The notes: generated by a model from the letters alone, not told the origin. A stretch of 64,000 bases of DNA from an uncultured Gammaproteobacteria bacterium (GCA_964633905.1 CAZWIT010000001.1:329-64328), one strand, 5' to 3'. Shown: positions 50,929 through 61,024, counted from the first letter of the stretch. Translations and numbers: made by a program.

Positions 50929-52686
50929 TTATAACAAGTCTAAACTACGATTTTTGATTTGAGTTTTTATTTTGGTGATGAATTTTTGTTTGTCGATATT
51001 GAGTAGATCTTTTTGACCTCGGACTCTGACTGCTAAATCTTTCGAATCCATTTCTTTGTCGCCAATAACTAGTACATAAGGCACTTTTTCGTGAGCGGAT
51101 TTACGGATTTTGTTGCCAACAGTTTCGGCAAGTTCATCTAGCTCGACGCGGATACCTTCGGTAATAAATTCAGCTGCTAATTTTTTAGCAAATTCAACAT
51201 GAGGAGAGGCAACGGTCAATATTTTTATCTGTACGGGGGATAGCCATACAGGAAAATTACCAGCTAGGTGTTCAATTAAATTAGAAGAAAATCTTTCAAT
51301 TGATCCCATGATAGCACAGTGAATCATGACAATACGTTCTTTATTTCCTTGTTCATTATTACAAAATAAATCAAATCTTTCAGGCATATTGAAATCTAGT
51401 TGGACAGTAGCTACTTGGTGCTCTCTACCAATGGAATCTTTGGCCATAAAATCTATTTTTGGTCCATAAAAAGCCGCTTCGCCTACGCCTTCTACGAAAT
51501 CCATTTTATTTTCTTTTAATAAAGTGCGTAATTCTTCTTCCATTTGCTCCCACATTTTTTCATTACCTAGATAGTTTTTCATATTAGCACTATCATGTAT
51601 TGATAACCTCCTAGTTAGAGGGAAGCCAAAAGTTCCATAAAAATTTTGGATAATATCTATGACATTAGCTATTTCTTGGCGCATTTGATTGACGCGACAA
51701 AAAACATGAGCATCATCTTGAGTAATACAACGAACTCTTTGTAGACCAGATAGTTCGCCACTTTGCTCATCGCGGTAGACCATAGTTGTTTCAGCATAGC
51801 GCTGCGGCAGATCACGGTAGCTACGCGGTAAGTGGGCATAGATTTGAGTATGATGAGGGCAATTCATTGGCTTCATAACAAAATCATGTTCTTCACGAGT
51901 TTTTATTTTAAATAATTCTTCAGCAAATTTTTCCCAATGGCCGCTAGTCTCATATAGCTCCTTTTTAGTTATATGTGGAATAGCTACTCTTTCATAGCCA
52001 TATTTTTTACGTAATTCCCAGACATAGTTATCTAATTCTTGGCGCATAACAGTGCCTTTTGGTGTCCAAAGCGGTAAACCAGCGCCCACTAAATCAGAAA
52101 ATGTAAATAAGTCTAAATCTTTACCAAGTTTTCGATGATCGCGGAGTTTTGCTTGCTCCAACATGTTTAAATGCACAGCCAGTTCTTTGCGTGTGGCAAA
52201 AGCTAAACCATAAATACGAGTCATCATTTCCCGTTTTTCATCACCGTGCCAGTAAGCGCCAGCTAAATGGGTGAGTTTAAAACCGTCTAAGGGGATTTCT
52301 TTAGAATTAGAGACATGGGGTCCAGCACATAAATCTTCAAAATCTCCAGAAGCATAAAAAGTTATTTCTTCATTTTCAGGCAAATCATTTACCAGTTCTT
52401 CTTTAAAATTTTGAGCTTGGGCTTTGATTTTTTTAAGAGCATCTTTACGGCTAGCAGCTGATTTTTTGAAATCAATATTTTGTTTGATAATCTCGCACAT
52501 ACTTTCTTCTAGCTCTGGTAAATCAGTGTCTGATAATTTTCCCGGTAAAATAAAGTCATAATAAAAGCCATTATCAATCACTGGGCCAATGCCTAGTTTG
52601 GCTTTAGGAAATTTTTTTAAAACCGCCATAGCCATGATATGGGAGAGTGAATGGCGAATTTTGTGAATTTGTTCTTCTTTATTCAT
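50929..52686 (-). CDS. thrS: Threonine--tRNA ligase
   Basis: RHSLSH, DLCAGPHV, RDHRKLG, KPMNCPHH, AFYGPKID, GSIERF; ATG 52686 preferred. Confidence 0.97.
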   Translation of the reverse strand: MNKEEQIHKIRHSLSHIMAMAVLKKFPKAKLGIGPVIDNGFYYDFILPGKLSDTDLPELEESMCEIIKQNIDFKKSAASRKDALKKIKAQAQNFKEELVNDLPENEEITFYASGDFEDLCAGPHVSNSKEIPLDGFKLTHLAGAYWHGDEKREMMTRIYGLAFATRKELAVHLNMLEQAKLRDHRKLGKDLDLFTFSDLVGAGLPLWTPKGTVMRQELDNYVWELRKKYGYERVAIPHITKKELYETSGHWEKFAEELFKIKTREEHDFVMKPMNCPHHTQIYAHLPRSYRDLPQRYAETTMVYRDEQSGELSGLQRVRCITQDDAHVFCRVNQMRQEIANVIDIIQNFYGTFGFPLTRRLSIHDSANMKNYLGNEKMWEQMEEELRTLLKENKMDFVEGVGEAAFYGPKIDFMAKDSIGREHQVATVQLDFNMPERFDLFCNNEQGNKERIVMIHCAIMGSIERFSSNLIEHLAGNFPVWLSPVQIKILTVASPHVEFAKKLAAEFITEGIRVELDELAETVGNKIRKSAHEKVPYVLVIGDKEMDSKDLAVRVRGQKDLLNIDKQKFITKIKTQIKNRSLDLL

Positions 52687-52699
52687 ATGTTTTTTTGTA

Positions 52700-52757
52700 T
52701 ACCCCTTCTGCCCGGCGGGCATCTCCCTCTAATTTAGAGGGAGAAAAAGAAGGGGTA
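52700..52757 (-). repeat. Branched hairpin element (family B) upstream of thrS
   Basis: Minus strand taccccttct-ttt-tctccctctaa-a-ttagagggaga-tgccc..ggca-gaaggggta. Confidence 0.8.
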
Positions 52758-52775
52758 AAATTAATATTTTAAATT

Positions 52776-52930
52776 AAAAAATCCCAAAGAACAATCGTTC
52801 TTGGGACCCACAGCAGAGGGCGGTTCCACCCAAGTTTCCCCAAAAAAAGAGGACACTTAATTTTTTTAGACTTAGGCCTTTTTGGCATCCATTTAGGAGA
52901 ATAGTTGGTAGCTATTCCAATCGTCTAAAG
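52776..52930 (-). promoter_or_regulatory. T-box riboswitch leader of thrS
   Basis: AACTTGGGTGGAACCGC T-box, antiterminator partner GGTCCC, terminator TCCCAAGAAC/GTTCTTTGGGA-T6, ACC (Thr) in an upstream loop, promoter TTGACA-N18-TATAAT at 52968-52939. Confidence 0.8.
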
Positions 52931-52970
52931 CGTTATTTATTATAGCTTAAAGAAGTGTAATTTGTCAAAA

Positions 52971-54098
52971 TTACTCAATAATAATATGATCTTTTAAATT
53001 TGGAGCTTTTTTAACCCACCATGGGAAAAATTTTACTTCTACTTGATCAATATTAAGTTCATCGGTTAAATATTTTTTGATACCAGCTTCATCTAAGCCT
53101 AAAATCTTTTCTTTATCAATAGACCAGGTTTTAGAATTAGAGTTTATTTTAGCTTCTAGATTTACTTCAATAACGGCTGAATTATTGGCTGTATCAATTT
53201 CAGAAATTTGATAGCTAAATTGTTTTGGTAAAAATTCTATTAAACTTTGACTACTATCTAAATTTTTAATAAATTTATTTTCCGCCATTTTTTTAAGATC
53301 AGCAAGAGAAAATACTAAACCGTAGGCAGTAAATTTTTGTTTTAAATCACAAGTCGGGCTATTTTGACCAATGTAGCTAGTATCAATTGTTTCGCTTTTT
53401 AAAAATATACGTTCAGCATCAATTTTTAAATTATCAGACAAACTAGTATTAATAGTATCTAAGGCTTGGCTAGTTGCTTGTTTTTTTAATTCACTTTTAG
53501 CTTGTTCTAAATTTTCGGCACTAACTATATAAGTAGGTAAACTTTCCAGTTTGAAACCATCTTTGCTTTCAGCATAAATTTTATCTTGTAAACCTTCCCA
53601 AAGTCCGGGAATAGTAAGTTTGCCTGGCTCCATCACCGCATCAGCACCAGCTTCATCGGCAATAGCCCAAACAGTAACACTGCCACCAATCGGAATATTT
53701 ACTTTTTCTTGAATGCGATAAATTTTATTGTCACTAGAGAGTAGGCGGGTAGTTTTGACCAAGGTCTGATCTTTGGAATAATTATTATAAATAGTCACTA
53801 GTCCTTGAGCAGATTCGCTTAAAGTAGTAGTGCTTTGACTAGGTATACTAATAGCGAGTTCTAATTCGGTATTTAATATTTTACCCAAGATGGCTTCGTT
53901 GTTTACGTTTTCGCTATTTTCAGCTTGCAAAGGAATGATGATTTTTTCGTTTTTGTTTTCAACTTGGCTAAAAATTTTAATAGTAGTTTTAGTTAAAGCA
54001 AAATTTAAAATCAAAAAAATAGCCGCTACCGTTAAAATGAGCAGGGCAATAATAATTTTAGTATAAAGGCGATTATGATTGTTTACTTTTTTAGTCAT
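52971..54098 (-). CDS. Single-pass membrane protein (baseplate J-like domain suspected)
   Basis: TM, AQGLVTIYN..QTLVKTTRL, LTIPGL, FPWWVKKAP end. Confidence 0.65.
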   Translation of the reverse strand: MTKKVNNHNRLYTKIIIALLILTVAAIFLILNFALTKTTIKIFSQVENKNEKIIIPLQAENSENVNNEAILGKILNTELELAISIPSQSTTTLSESAQGLVTIYNNYSKDQTLVKTTRLLSSDNKIYRIQEKVNIPIGGSVTVWAIADEAGADAVMEPGKLTIPGLWEGLQDKIYAESKDGFKLESLPTYIVSAENLEQAKSELKKQATSQALDTINTSLSDNLKIDAERIFLKSETIDTSYIGQNSPTCDLKQKFTAYGLVFSLADLKKMAENKFIKNLDSSQSLIEFLPKQFSYQISEIDTANNSAVIEVNLEAKINSNSKTWSIDKEKILGLDEAGIKKYLTDELNIDQVEVKFFPWWVKKAPNLKDHIIIE

Positions 54099-54149
54099 AG
54101 ATAAGATAGCTTACTTTGAGCTTATTATACCAAAAAAATTGATTTAAAT

Positions 54150-57100
54150 CTAATTATTAGTCAGTTGCCAAGACTGAGGGCCAAAGAGTTTTATAATTTC
54201 ATTTTGGAGTTCTGGTTCTGGTAAAACTTTAATGTCAGTTTTAACTTTACGTACTTGGCCATTGTGGATTTCTAAATAAACCGGCGTACTGCCTTTGTGG
54301 CTTTCTAGAATTTTTTTCAAATCACCTAGTTTATTTTTATGAAAATCATGAGGCAGGCGAATGCAGAGCCGATTTTTAGAAAAATTAGCAGCCTTGACTT
54401 CTTGTAAAAATTGAGGGTTTAAAATTTTGGCATTTTCAACCAGGATTTTAGCTTGACCGTCTTTATCGGATACCTTGCCTTCAACTATTACTTTTTGTTC
54501 GTCGTTCCAAAGGCCATAGGTTTTTTCTAAGGTTTTAGGAAAAACTAATAACTCTGTTTGTGTTACTGAATCTTCAATAGTCACAAACATCATGGCCTGA
54601 CCTTTGTGGGTGGTGATTTTTTGGATAGCAGTAATAATGCCAGCTACTCGGACGTTTTGGCCAGCTAAATTTTTTAGAGTTTTTAAAGGAGTAATTTTTT
54701 CTTTAAGTAATTGATAATCACCTGAAAAAGGATGATTGCTTAAATATAAGCCTAATAATTCTTTTTCCCAAGAAAGTTTGCGGTTAGTTTCAATATCCGG
54801 ATAATCGTCAAGCTTGAGCGATAACATGGAAGCAGACAATGGTAAATCAGCAAATAAATTATTTTGACCGTTTTTTTGTTCGTTTTGAATTTTTTTATGA
54901 AATTCTAGTAATTTTTCTAAATTACCCAAAGCTTGTCCGCGAGAAACAAGGGAATCAAGGGCTCCGCACTTACTCAAACTTTCTAAGGATTTTTTATTTA
55001 AATCTTTATCTTTGATACGCAGTAAAAAGTCTTCTAAAGATTTGTAAGGGCCATTGAGTTTTCGTTCTTGGATAATGACTTTGGCAATATTTTCACCGAC
55101 ATTTTTAATAGCGTGCAGACCAAAGCGAATCTTACCAAGTTTATTAGGATCTTCTTTATTAACTACTACAGCAAAATTGCCAAAGCTTTCGTTAACATCG
55201 GGCGGTAAAACTTCAATACCCATTTTACGGCATTCGTTGATTTCAATAGTTACTCTGTCAATATTATTTTGGTCAGAGGAGAGTAGAGCAGCCATAAAAG
55301 CCTCGGGGTAGTTACTTTTTAGATAAGCAGTTTGATAGGAAATCATGGCATAGCAGGCAGCGTGGGAGCGATTAAAACCATAGCGAGCAAAAGGAATAAT
55401 AAAGTCCCAGATTTTTTGGGCAGTTTTTTTGTCCAAGCCATTTTTGACCATGCCAGCCACCATGGCCACTTCTTGTTCTTGTAATAGTTCTTTGATTTTT
55501 TTACCTACTGCTTTACGCAAAACATCAGCTTGACCATAGCTAAAGCCAGCCAAGTCTCTAGCAATGCGCATGATTTGTTCTTGATAAACAGCAATGCCGT
55601 AAGTATTTTTTAAAATTGGCTCTAGTTTAGGATGCAAATAAGTAACTTGTTTATTGCCGTGTTTGCCATTGATAAAATCGGGAATAAATTCCATTGGACC
55701 AGGTCGGTACAAAGCTACCATAGCAATAATATCTTCTAGTTCCGAAGGCTTGAGTTGTTTTAAATAACGCTTCATGCCGCCAGATTCTAATTGGAAGACG
55801 CCAGTAGTTTCACCGCGTTGTAAAAGGGCGAAAGTTTTAGCATCGCCTAAAGGTATGGCATCAATATCAATTTTTATTTTTTTAGTAGCTTCAATAACAG
55901 CAATAGTTTGTTCTAGAATGGTTAAGTTTTTTAAACCCAAGAAATCCATTTTCAAAAGTCCCAAATCTTCAACTGGATGCAAGGAGTATTGAGAAATAAT
56001 AGTTTTATCATCCGAGCTGGCATATTGCAAAGGCGTGTAGTTAACCAATGGTTCTTTAGTAATCAAGACACCGCAAGCATGAGTGGAAGTGTGTCTAGCT
56101 AAACCTTCTACTTTTTTAGCCATATCCAAAAGACGTTGGGCTTCTAAGTCTTCATTGTGTATTTTTTTGAGTTCATCTACAGTTTCCAAAGCCTCATTTA
56201 AAGAAGAAAACATGGGGATTAACTTGGCAATTTGATCGCAGTAACCATAAGAATAGCCCATAACCCTACCAACATCACGGACCGAAGCCCGAGCCGCCAT
56301 GGTACCAAAGGTGATAATCTGACAAACATGGTCTTTGCCATATTTATTTTCGACATATTTAATAACGGCATCGCGTCCGGTGTCGGCAAAGTCCATATCA
56401 ATATCGGGCATGGATACACGTTCGGGATTTAAAAATCTTTCAAATAACAAATCGTATTTAATTGGGTCAATGTTAGTAATACCAATTAAAAATGAGATCA
56501 AACTACCGGCCGCAGAACCTCTGCCTGGGCCAACTACAATTTTTTGTTGCTTAGCCCAGTTAACAAAATCTTGCACAATTAAAAAATAGGAAGCAAAACC
56601 AGTTTTAGTAATAATGTCTAGTTCATAGTTTAAGCGCTCTTGTATTTCTTTAGGGGCGTCATGATAGCTGTAGCCAAAGCGTTTAGGTACGCCCTCCAAG
56701 CTTAAACGCTTTAATTCTTCTTCAGCAGTAAGTCCCTCAGGTAGTTCGTAGTTAGGTAATTGAATTTGTCCTAAAGGTATTTCTACTTCACAGCGATCAG
56801 CTAGCGCTTGAGTATTAGTAATTGCCTCAGGTATATCTGGAAATAGTTGGGAAAATTGTTCTTCACTATACATGGAATAATTTTCACCCAAATAAGTCAT
56901 GCGCTCTTTGTCGGCTTGTTTGTGTTTAGTTTGAATACAAAGTAAAACATCATGCGCTTGATCATCTTCGCTGTTTACATAATGAATATCATTTGTCAGT
57001 ATTAGGGGCAGTTGATATTTACTGGCTAATTTTTTTAAACCATCATTAACAATTTTTTGTTCAGGAAAATTACGCCATTGTAATTCTAAATATACATTGT

Positions 57101-57593
57101 TAGTACCAAAAATATCCAAAAGATTTTTAAGCATTAGTTCGGCCGTATCAGCTTGGCCGCCTTTTAAGTGTCGCGCTAAAGGTCCGTTTAAACAGGCAGT
57201 GGTAGCAATTAAGCCAGCGCTGTATTTTTTGAGAGTTGCCCAATCTATGCGTGGTTTATAATAATAGCCTTCTAAATGGGCGATGGTAGTGAGTTGGAGT
57301 AAATTTTTATAACCCTGGTAATCTTTAGCTAGCAGTATTAAGTGGTATGGTTTTTCCCGTGAACTTTTGTCATCTAAAGTAGTTGGTGAAACATAGGCTT
57401 CTACGCCAATAATTGGTTTAAGGCCATTTTTTTTGCATTTTTGGTAAAATTCAATTGTGCCATACATAACACCATGGTCAGTCAGAGCCAAAGCAGTAGC
57501 GCCATTATTTTTGGCGCGCTTGATTAAATCATCGATAGTGCCTAAACCATCAAGTAAGCTATAGTGTGAGTGAGTATGGAGGTGAACAAACAT
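54150..57593 (-). CDS. dnaE: DNA polymerase III alpha subunit
   Basis: FVHLHTHSHYSLLDG, GRGSAAGS, PDIDMDF, KMDFLGL, YGFNRSH. Confidence 0.98.
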   Translation of the reverse strand: MFVHLHTHSHYSLLDGLGTIDDLIKRAKNNGATALALTDHGVMYGTIEFYQKCKKNGLKPIIGVEAYVSPTTLDDKSSREKPYHLILLAKDYQGYKNLLQLTTIAHLEGYYYKPRIDWATLKKYSAGLIATTACLNGPLARHLKGGQADTAELMLKNLLDIFGTNNVYLELQWRNFPEQKIVNDGLKKLASKYQLPLILTNDIHYVNSEDDQAHDVLLCIQTKHKQADKERMTYLGENYSMYSEEQFSQLFPDIPEAITNTQALADRCEVEIPLGQIQLPNYELPEGLTAEEELKRLSLEGVPKRFGYSYHDAPKEIQERLNYELDIITKTGFASYFLIVQDFVNWAKQQKIVVGPGRGSAAGSLISFLIGITNIDPIKYDLLFERFLNPERVSMPDIDMDFADTGRDAVIKYVENKYGKDHVCQIITFGTMAARASVRDVGRVMGYSYGYCDQIAKLIPMFSSLNEALETVDELKKIHNEDLEAQRLLDMAKKVEGLARHTSTHACGVLITKEPLVNYTPLQYASSDDKTIISQYSLHPVEDLGLLKMDFLGLKNLTILEQTIAVIEATKKIKIDIDAIPLGDAKTFALLQRGETTGVFQLESGGMKRYLKQLKPSELEDIIAMVALYRPGPMEFIPDFINGKHGNKQVTYLHPKLEPILKNTYGIAVYQEQIMRIARDLAGFSYGQADVLRKAVGKKIKELLQEQEVAMVAGMVKNGLDKKTAQKIWDFIIPFARYGFNRSHAACYAMISYQTAYLKSNYPEAFMAALLSSDQNNIDRVTIEINECRKMGIEVLPPDVNESFGNFAVVVNKEDPNKLGKIRFGLHAIKNVGENIAKVIIQERKLNGPYKSLEDFLLRIKDKDLNKKSLESLSKCGALDSLVSRGQALGNLEKLLEFHKKIQNEQKNGQNNLFADLPLSASMLSLKLDDYPDIETNRKLSWEKELLGLYLSNHPFSGDYQLLKEKITPLKTLKNLAGQNVRVAGIITAIQKITTHKGQAMMFVTIEDSVTQTELLVFPKTLEKTYGLWNDEQKVIVEGKVSDKDGQAKILVENAKILNPQFLQEVKAANFSKNRLCIRLPHDFHKNKLGDLKKILESHKGSTPVYLEIHNGQVRKVKTDIKVLPEPELQNEIIKLFGPQSWQLTNN

Positions 57594-57637
57594 TTATTTT
57601 TTGCTTCCAAATTTATTTAAAAGTGTTAATAGAGTCC

Positions 57638-57717
57638 ACCCCGTCAAATAAAATTTAAGCAAAGCTTAAATTTTAGATTTAAATTAATTTTATTAATTTA
57701 AATCTATTTGACGGGGT
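57638..57717. repeat. Split-palindrome element copy 3 (upstream of dnaE)
   Basis: accccgtcaaata ... tatttgacggggt perfect 13 bp, enclosing perfect 12-bp and 15-bp hairpins. Confidence 0.9.
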
Positions 57718-57796
57718 AAATTAAAAACCGATAGCAAGAATATCAAACATATTTTAGTTATCGGATGTCCTATCCTCTAATTAAAGATAGGTATTT

Positions 57797-58099
57797 TTAT
57801 TTTTGTTCTTTGTTTTTGTTTGTGCGGCGTTTTTCGGATTTATCTCGGATAATGCCAACTACTTGTTCGCCTAATTTTAACATTAAACTACCCCAAGCAG
57901 CTAAATGACTGGTTTTGCTTTTTAAATTTTCCATGCCAGTTTCAATAGAAGTGGTTATTTTTTGGATGCCTTCTAAAGTTTTATTGATATTTTTTAAGGT
58001 TTTGGCCATTTGATACAAAAGCCAAGCAAGTAATAAGGCTACGATTAGTACTGAAAAGCCAAGTAACCAATTTAAAATATCCTGCGAGGTGTTAAACAT
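57797..58099 (-). CDS. Small membrane protein with coiled coil (DUF948-like)
   Basis: MFNTSQDIL, TM, coiled coil, basic tail. Confidence 0.7.
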   Translation of the reverse strand: MFNTSQDILNWLLGFSVLIVALLLAWLLYQMAKTLKNINKTLEGIQKITTSIETGMENLKSKTSHLAAWGSLMLKLGEQVVGIIRDKSEKRRTNKNKEQK

Positions 58100-58218
58100 A
58101 TAATTTTTAAAATTATTTTGTAACTTAAGGCTATTATACCACAAATTTATAATCGTTGCCAAATTATTGGATTTATCTAGCAAGTTGTTGTATAATTAAA
58201 AATAATATTTAACTATTT

Positions 58219-59085
58219 ATGCCAGATTACAAGCCAATCACACCCAAAGAAATAGAGCGCGGCTATTATTTTTTGACTCATCGTCAACAATTTACTCGTC
58301 TTGCTTATGGCTTAGGTGTATTTGTTTGTCTGATTATTTATTCTATTTTTGTTTATAACTTAGTTATTTTTTTTAAGTACTCTTCTTGGCAAAAATTAGC
58401 AACTAATTTTGTTGCAGCTAGTTCTTGGCCAGCTGCTCATAGTCAGAGCCAACCAAAAAATTTGACTATCGGTATGCCGCGAGCTTTATTGGTAGGGGAT
58501 AATATTTATAATTTAGTAGCAATAGTTAAAAATCCTAATACCGATTGGTTGTTGCCAGAATTTGAATATAACTTTGTTATTAATGGTGAAGATTTGCCAG
58601 TTAAAGTTAGTTATTTGAATTCAGAAGACACAGTAGTTTTAAGTTCTTTGGGCTATCGTTCTAATCAGGGAGTTAAGGATGTTAAACTAAAGATTAATAA
58701 TTATAAATGGCATAGGTTATCAAATGATATTAGGCAGATTAAATGGTCAATTAATAATATTAATTTTAAACCATTGAGTCGGGAGAAGGTAGACGATAAG
58801 ACAGTAGTTTTCCCAGCGCGAGCTTCTTGGCAGGCAAAAAATTTGTCTTTGTATGATTTTTGGCAGGTTGATTGGCAGGTCTTATTATTAAATGGTGAAA
58901 ATCTAGTTGGTTTTACTGAAATTCCAGCTCGTGATTTTAATTCTTTAGAGTTAAGAGATTTAGAGGCAATTTTTGCTTATAATTTGGCCAGCGTGAGCAG
59001 AGTTGAGATTATTCCTAGGGTTAATTGGTTTGATCGGGATAATTTTAAGTTAATTGAATCCAGCGGCAATACCTTTGGTTTATGA
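58219..59085 (+). CDS. Single-pass membrane protein of unknown function
   Basis: N-terminal TM, YNLVAIVKNPN.DW; overlaps rodA start (ATGA). Confidence 0.75.
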   Translation: MPDYKPITPKEIERGYYFLTHRQQFTRLAYGLGVFVCLIIYSIFVYNLVIFFKYSSWQKLATNFVAASSWPAAHSQSQPKNLTIGMPRALLVGDNIYNLVAIVKNPNTDWLLPEFEYNFVINGEDLPVKVSYLNSEDTVVLSSLGYRSNQGVKDVKLKINNYKWHRLSNDIRQIKWSINNINFKPLSREKVDDKTVVFPARASWQAKNLSLYDFWQVDWQVLLLNGENLVGFTEIPARDFNSLELRDLEAIFAYNLASVSRVEIIPRVNWFDRDNFKLIESSGNTFGL

Positions 59086-60176
59086 GGAATTTTTTAATTA
59101 TTTTGCGCCGTTTAGATTGGTTGCTTTTTTTAGCTGTTTTGCTTTTGCTTTTTTTAAGCGCTAGCATTTTGTATAGTTTAAATTTAAACATTGCCAATTC
59201 TGATTTTTTAGTTTTTCGTAAACAGATTCTGTATATTTTTACCGGTATTTTTATTTTTTTATTTTTTTCTACCATTAGTTATAAAGTTTGGTCAACTTTT
59301 AGTAAGTTGACTTATGTTTTTTTTATTTTACCATTGCTGGCCGTATTGCTTTTAGGTATGACCATCCAAGGTACTACAGGTTGGATTGTGATTGCTGGCG
59401 TTAGTATCCAGCCAGTAGAGTTTGCAAAAATTGCTTTGATTATTTGGTTGGCTAGATATTTTTCTGATCATGCCAAAGAATTTTATTTATTCCGTCATAT
59501 TTTTATTTCTGGTTTGGCGGTTTTATTTTATGTGGCTTTGGTGTTATTACAACCAGACTTAGGTTCAAGTTTAGTTTTAGTTGGCACTTGGGTGATTATG
59601 TTGCTATTTACTGGTTTGCAAAGACGTCATTTGATTTGGCTGGGGGGCCTATTTGTTTCAATTAGTATTTTGGCTTGGTTTTTTGTTTTAGAAGCTTATC
59701 AAAAATTTAGGATTTTAACTTTTATTAATCCAGGACTCGATCCTCAGGGCCAAGGTTATAATGTTTTACAATCTATTACTGCTGTTGGTTCGGGTCAGAT
59801 TTTCGGACGCGGTTTAGCTTTGGGTTCACAAAGTAATTTACGTTTTTTACCAGAGCCAGGCACGGATTTTATTTTTGCAGTTGTGGCCGAAAATCTTGGT
59901 TTATTTGGAGTTTTGGTACTTTTAGGTTTGTTTGTTTTTATTATGTATCGTTTATTTGGTATTATGCGACTAGCTAGTGATGATTTTGGCTCTTATTTTG
60001 CTTTAGGCGTAGCCAGTATGTTTTTAGTACAAATTTTTATTAATATTGGTATGAATATGGGCATTTCTCCAGTTACTGGTATTCCTTTGCCTTTAGTGTC
60101 AGCTGGCGGCAGCTCTTTGTGGGCGTCGATGATTGCTTTGGGTATAGTCCAAAACATATATGTAAGTCATAAGTAG
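59082..60176 (+). CDS. rodA: SEDS peptidoglycan polymerase RodA
   Basis: QPVEFAK, LQPDLG, GYNVLQS..AVGSG, LPEPGTDFIF, PVTGIPLP.VSAGGSS. Confidence 0.92.
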   Translation: MRNFLIILRRLDWLLFLAVLLLLFLSASILYSLNLNIANSDFLVFRKQILYIFTGIFIFLFFSTISYKVWSTFSKLTYVFFILPLLAVLLLGMTIQGTTGWIVIAGVSIQPVEFAKIALIIWLARYFSDHAKEFYLFRHIFISGLAVLFYVALVLLQPDLGSSLVLVGTWVIMLLFTGLQRRHLIWLGGLFVSISILAWFFVLEAYQKFRILTFINPGLDPQGQGYNVLQSITAVGSGQIFGRGLALGSQSNLRFLPEPGTDFIFAVVAENLGLFGVLVLLGLFVFIMYRLFGIMRLASDDFGSYFALGVASMFLVQIFINIGMNMGISPVTGIPLPLVSAGGSSLWASMIALGIVQNIYVSHK

Positions 60177-60193
60177 CTTTTATTTTTATAGAC

Positions 60194-60330
60194 TTGACCC
60201 CGTAAAATCCCGCCAGGGATTGTCTATAGATAATTAAAGCGAGAGAATTGTAAATATTATATGAAAGTAAAAATAAGTTTTTTTGTTGCGGGAAGCCCGC
60301 GTTTTGCGCGGGCTTATTTAATGGGGTTGA
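60194..60330. repeat. Split-palindrome element copy 4 (degenerate, upstream of rplY)
   Basis: ttgaccccgtaaaat ... atttaatggggttga, inner hairpins aatccc/gggatt and aagcccgcg/cgcgggctt. Confidence 0.75.
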
Positions 60331-60388
60331 CTTATGCCTTGTTTTATGATTAAATAGAGCCACTATATTTTATAAATAATTTTTTTCT

Positions 60389-61024
60389 ATGTCAGATTTA
60401 TTGTTAAAGGTGAGTTCCAGAAAACTTACTAAAGCTAGCGAGCTTAACGCTTTACGTCAAGAACACCAAGTGCCAGGCGTAATTTATGGTTTTGGTAAAG
60501 AAAATCATAATATTGCTGTTGAATATAATCCTTTGGTAAAAATGATTAAAACAGCTGGTACTAGCCGAGTTATTACTTTACAACTTGAAGGTAAAGATAT
60601 TGAGGTTATTTTAAAATCTTATCAACAAGATCCAGTTAAGGATACTATTACTCATGTTGATTTTATGATTTTGGATCCCAAAAAATCTTTTATCACTACT
60701 GTGCCCTTAGAATTTACTGGTAGTTCAGCAGCTGTACGTGAACAAGGTGGTAAATTGGAAATTAAAAAACAAAGCATCAAAGTTAGATGTCTACTGGCTG
60801 ATTTGCCAGCTAAAGTAGAAGTAGATTTGAGTTCTTTAGCTCAAATCGGTAGTGATATCAAGGTAGCTGATTTGCCAATTGATAAAAAGGTTAAAGTTTT
60901 AGATGGTCCAACTGAACCAGTAATTGATGTTATTATTCCTAAAAAAGAAGACGTCAGTAAAACCGCCGCTCCTACTGAAGCTGCTCCTACTGAAGCTGCT
61001 ACTCCAGAAGAAAAGTCAGAATAA
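60389..61024 (+). CDS. rplY: 50S ribosomal protein L25 (CTC type)
   Basis: VPGVIYG, QQDPV..ITHVDF, VPLEFTG, LPAKVEVD. Confidence 0.95.
   Translation: MSDLLLKVSSRKLTKASELNALRQEHQVPGVIYGFGKENHNIAVEYNPLVKMIKTAGTSRVITLQLEGKDIEVILKSYQQDPVKDTITHVDFMILDPKKSFITTVPLEFTGSSAAVREQGGKLEIKKQSIKVRCLLADLPAKVEVDLSSLAQIGSDIKVADLPIDKKVKVLDGPTEPVIDVIIPKKEDVSKTAAPTEAAPTEAATPEEKSE

Noticed and set aside
52971-54098. Prophage suggested by a baseplate J-like protein
   Set aside because: Single membrane-anchored gene among housekeeping genes, no other phage genes
60965-61005. 15-bp tandem repeat (AAPTE) at the end of rplY
   Set aside because: Ordinary low-complexity tail of CTC-type L25
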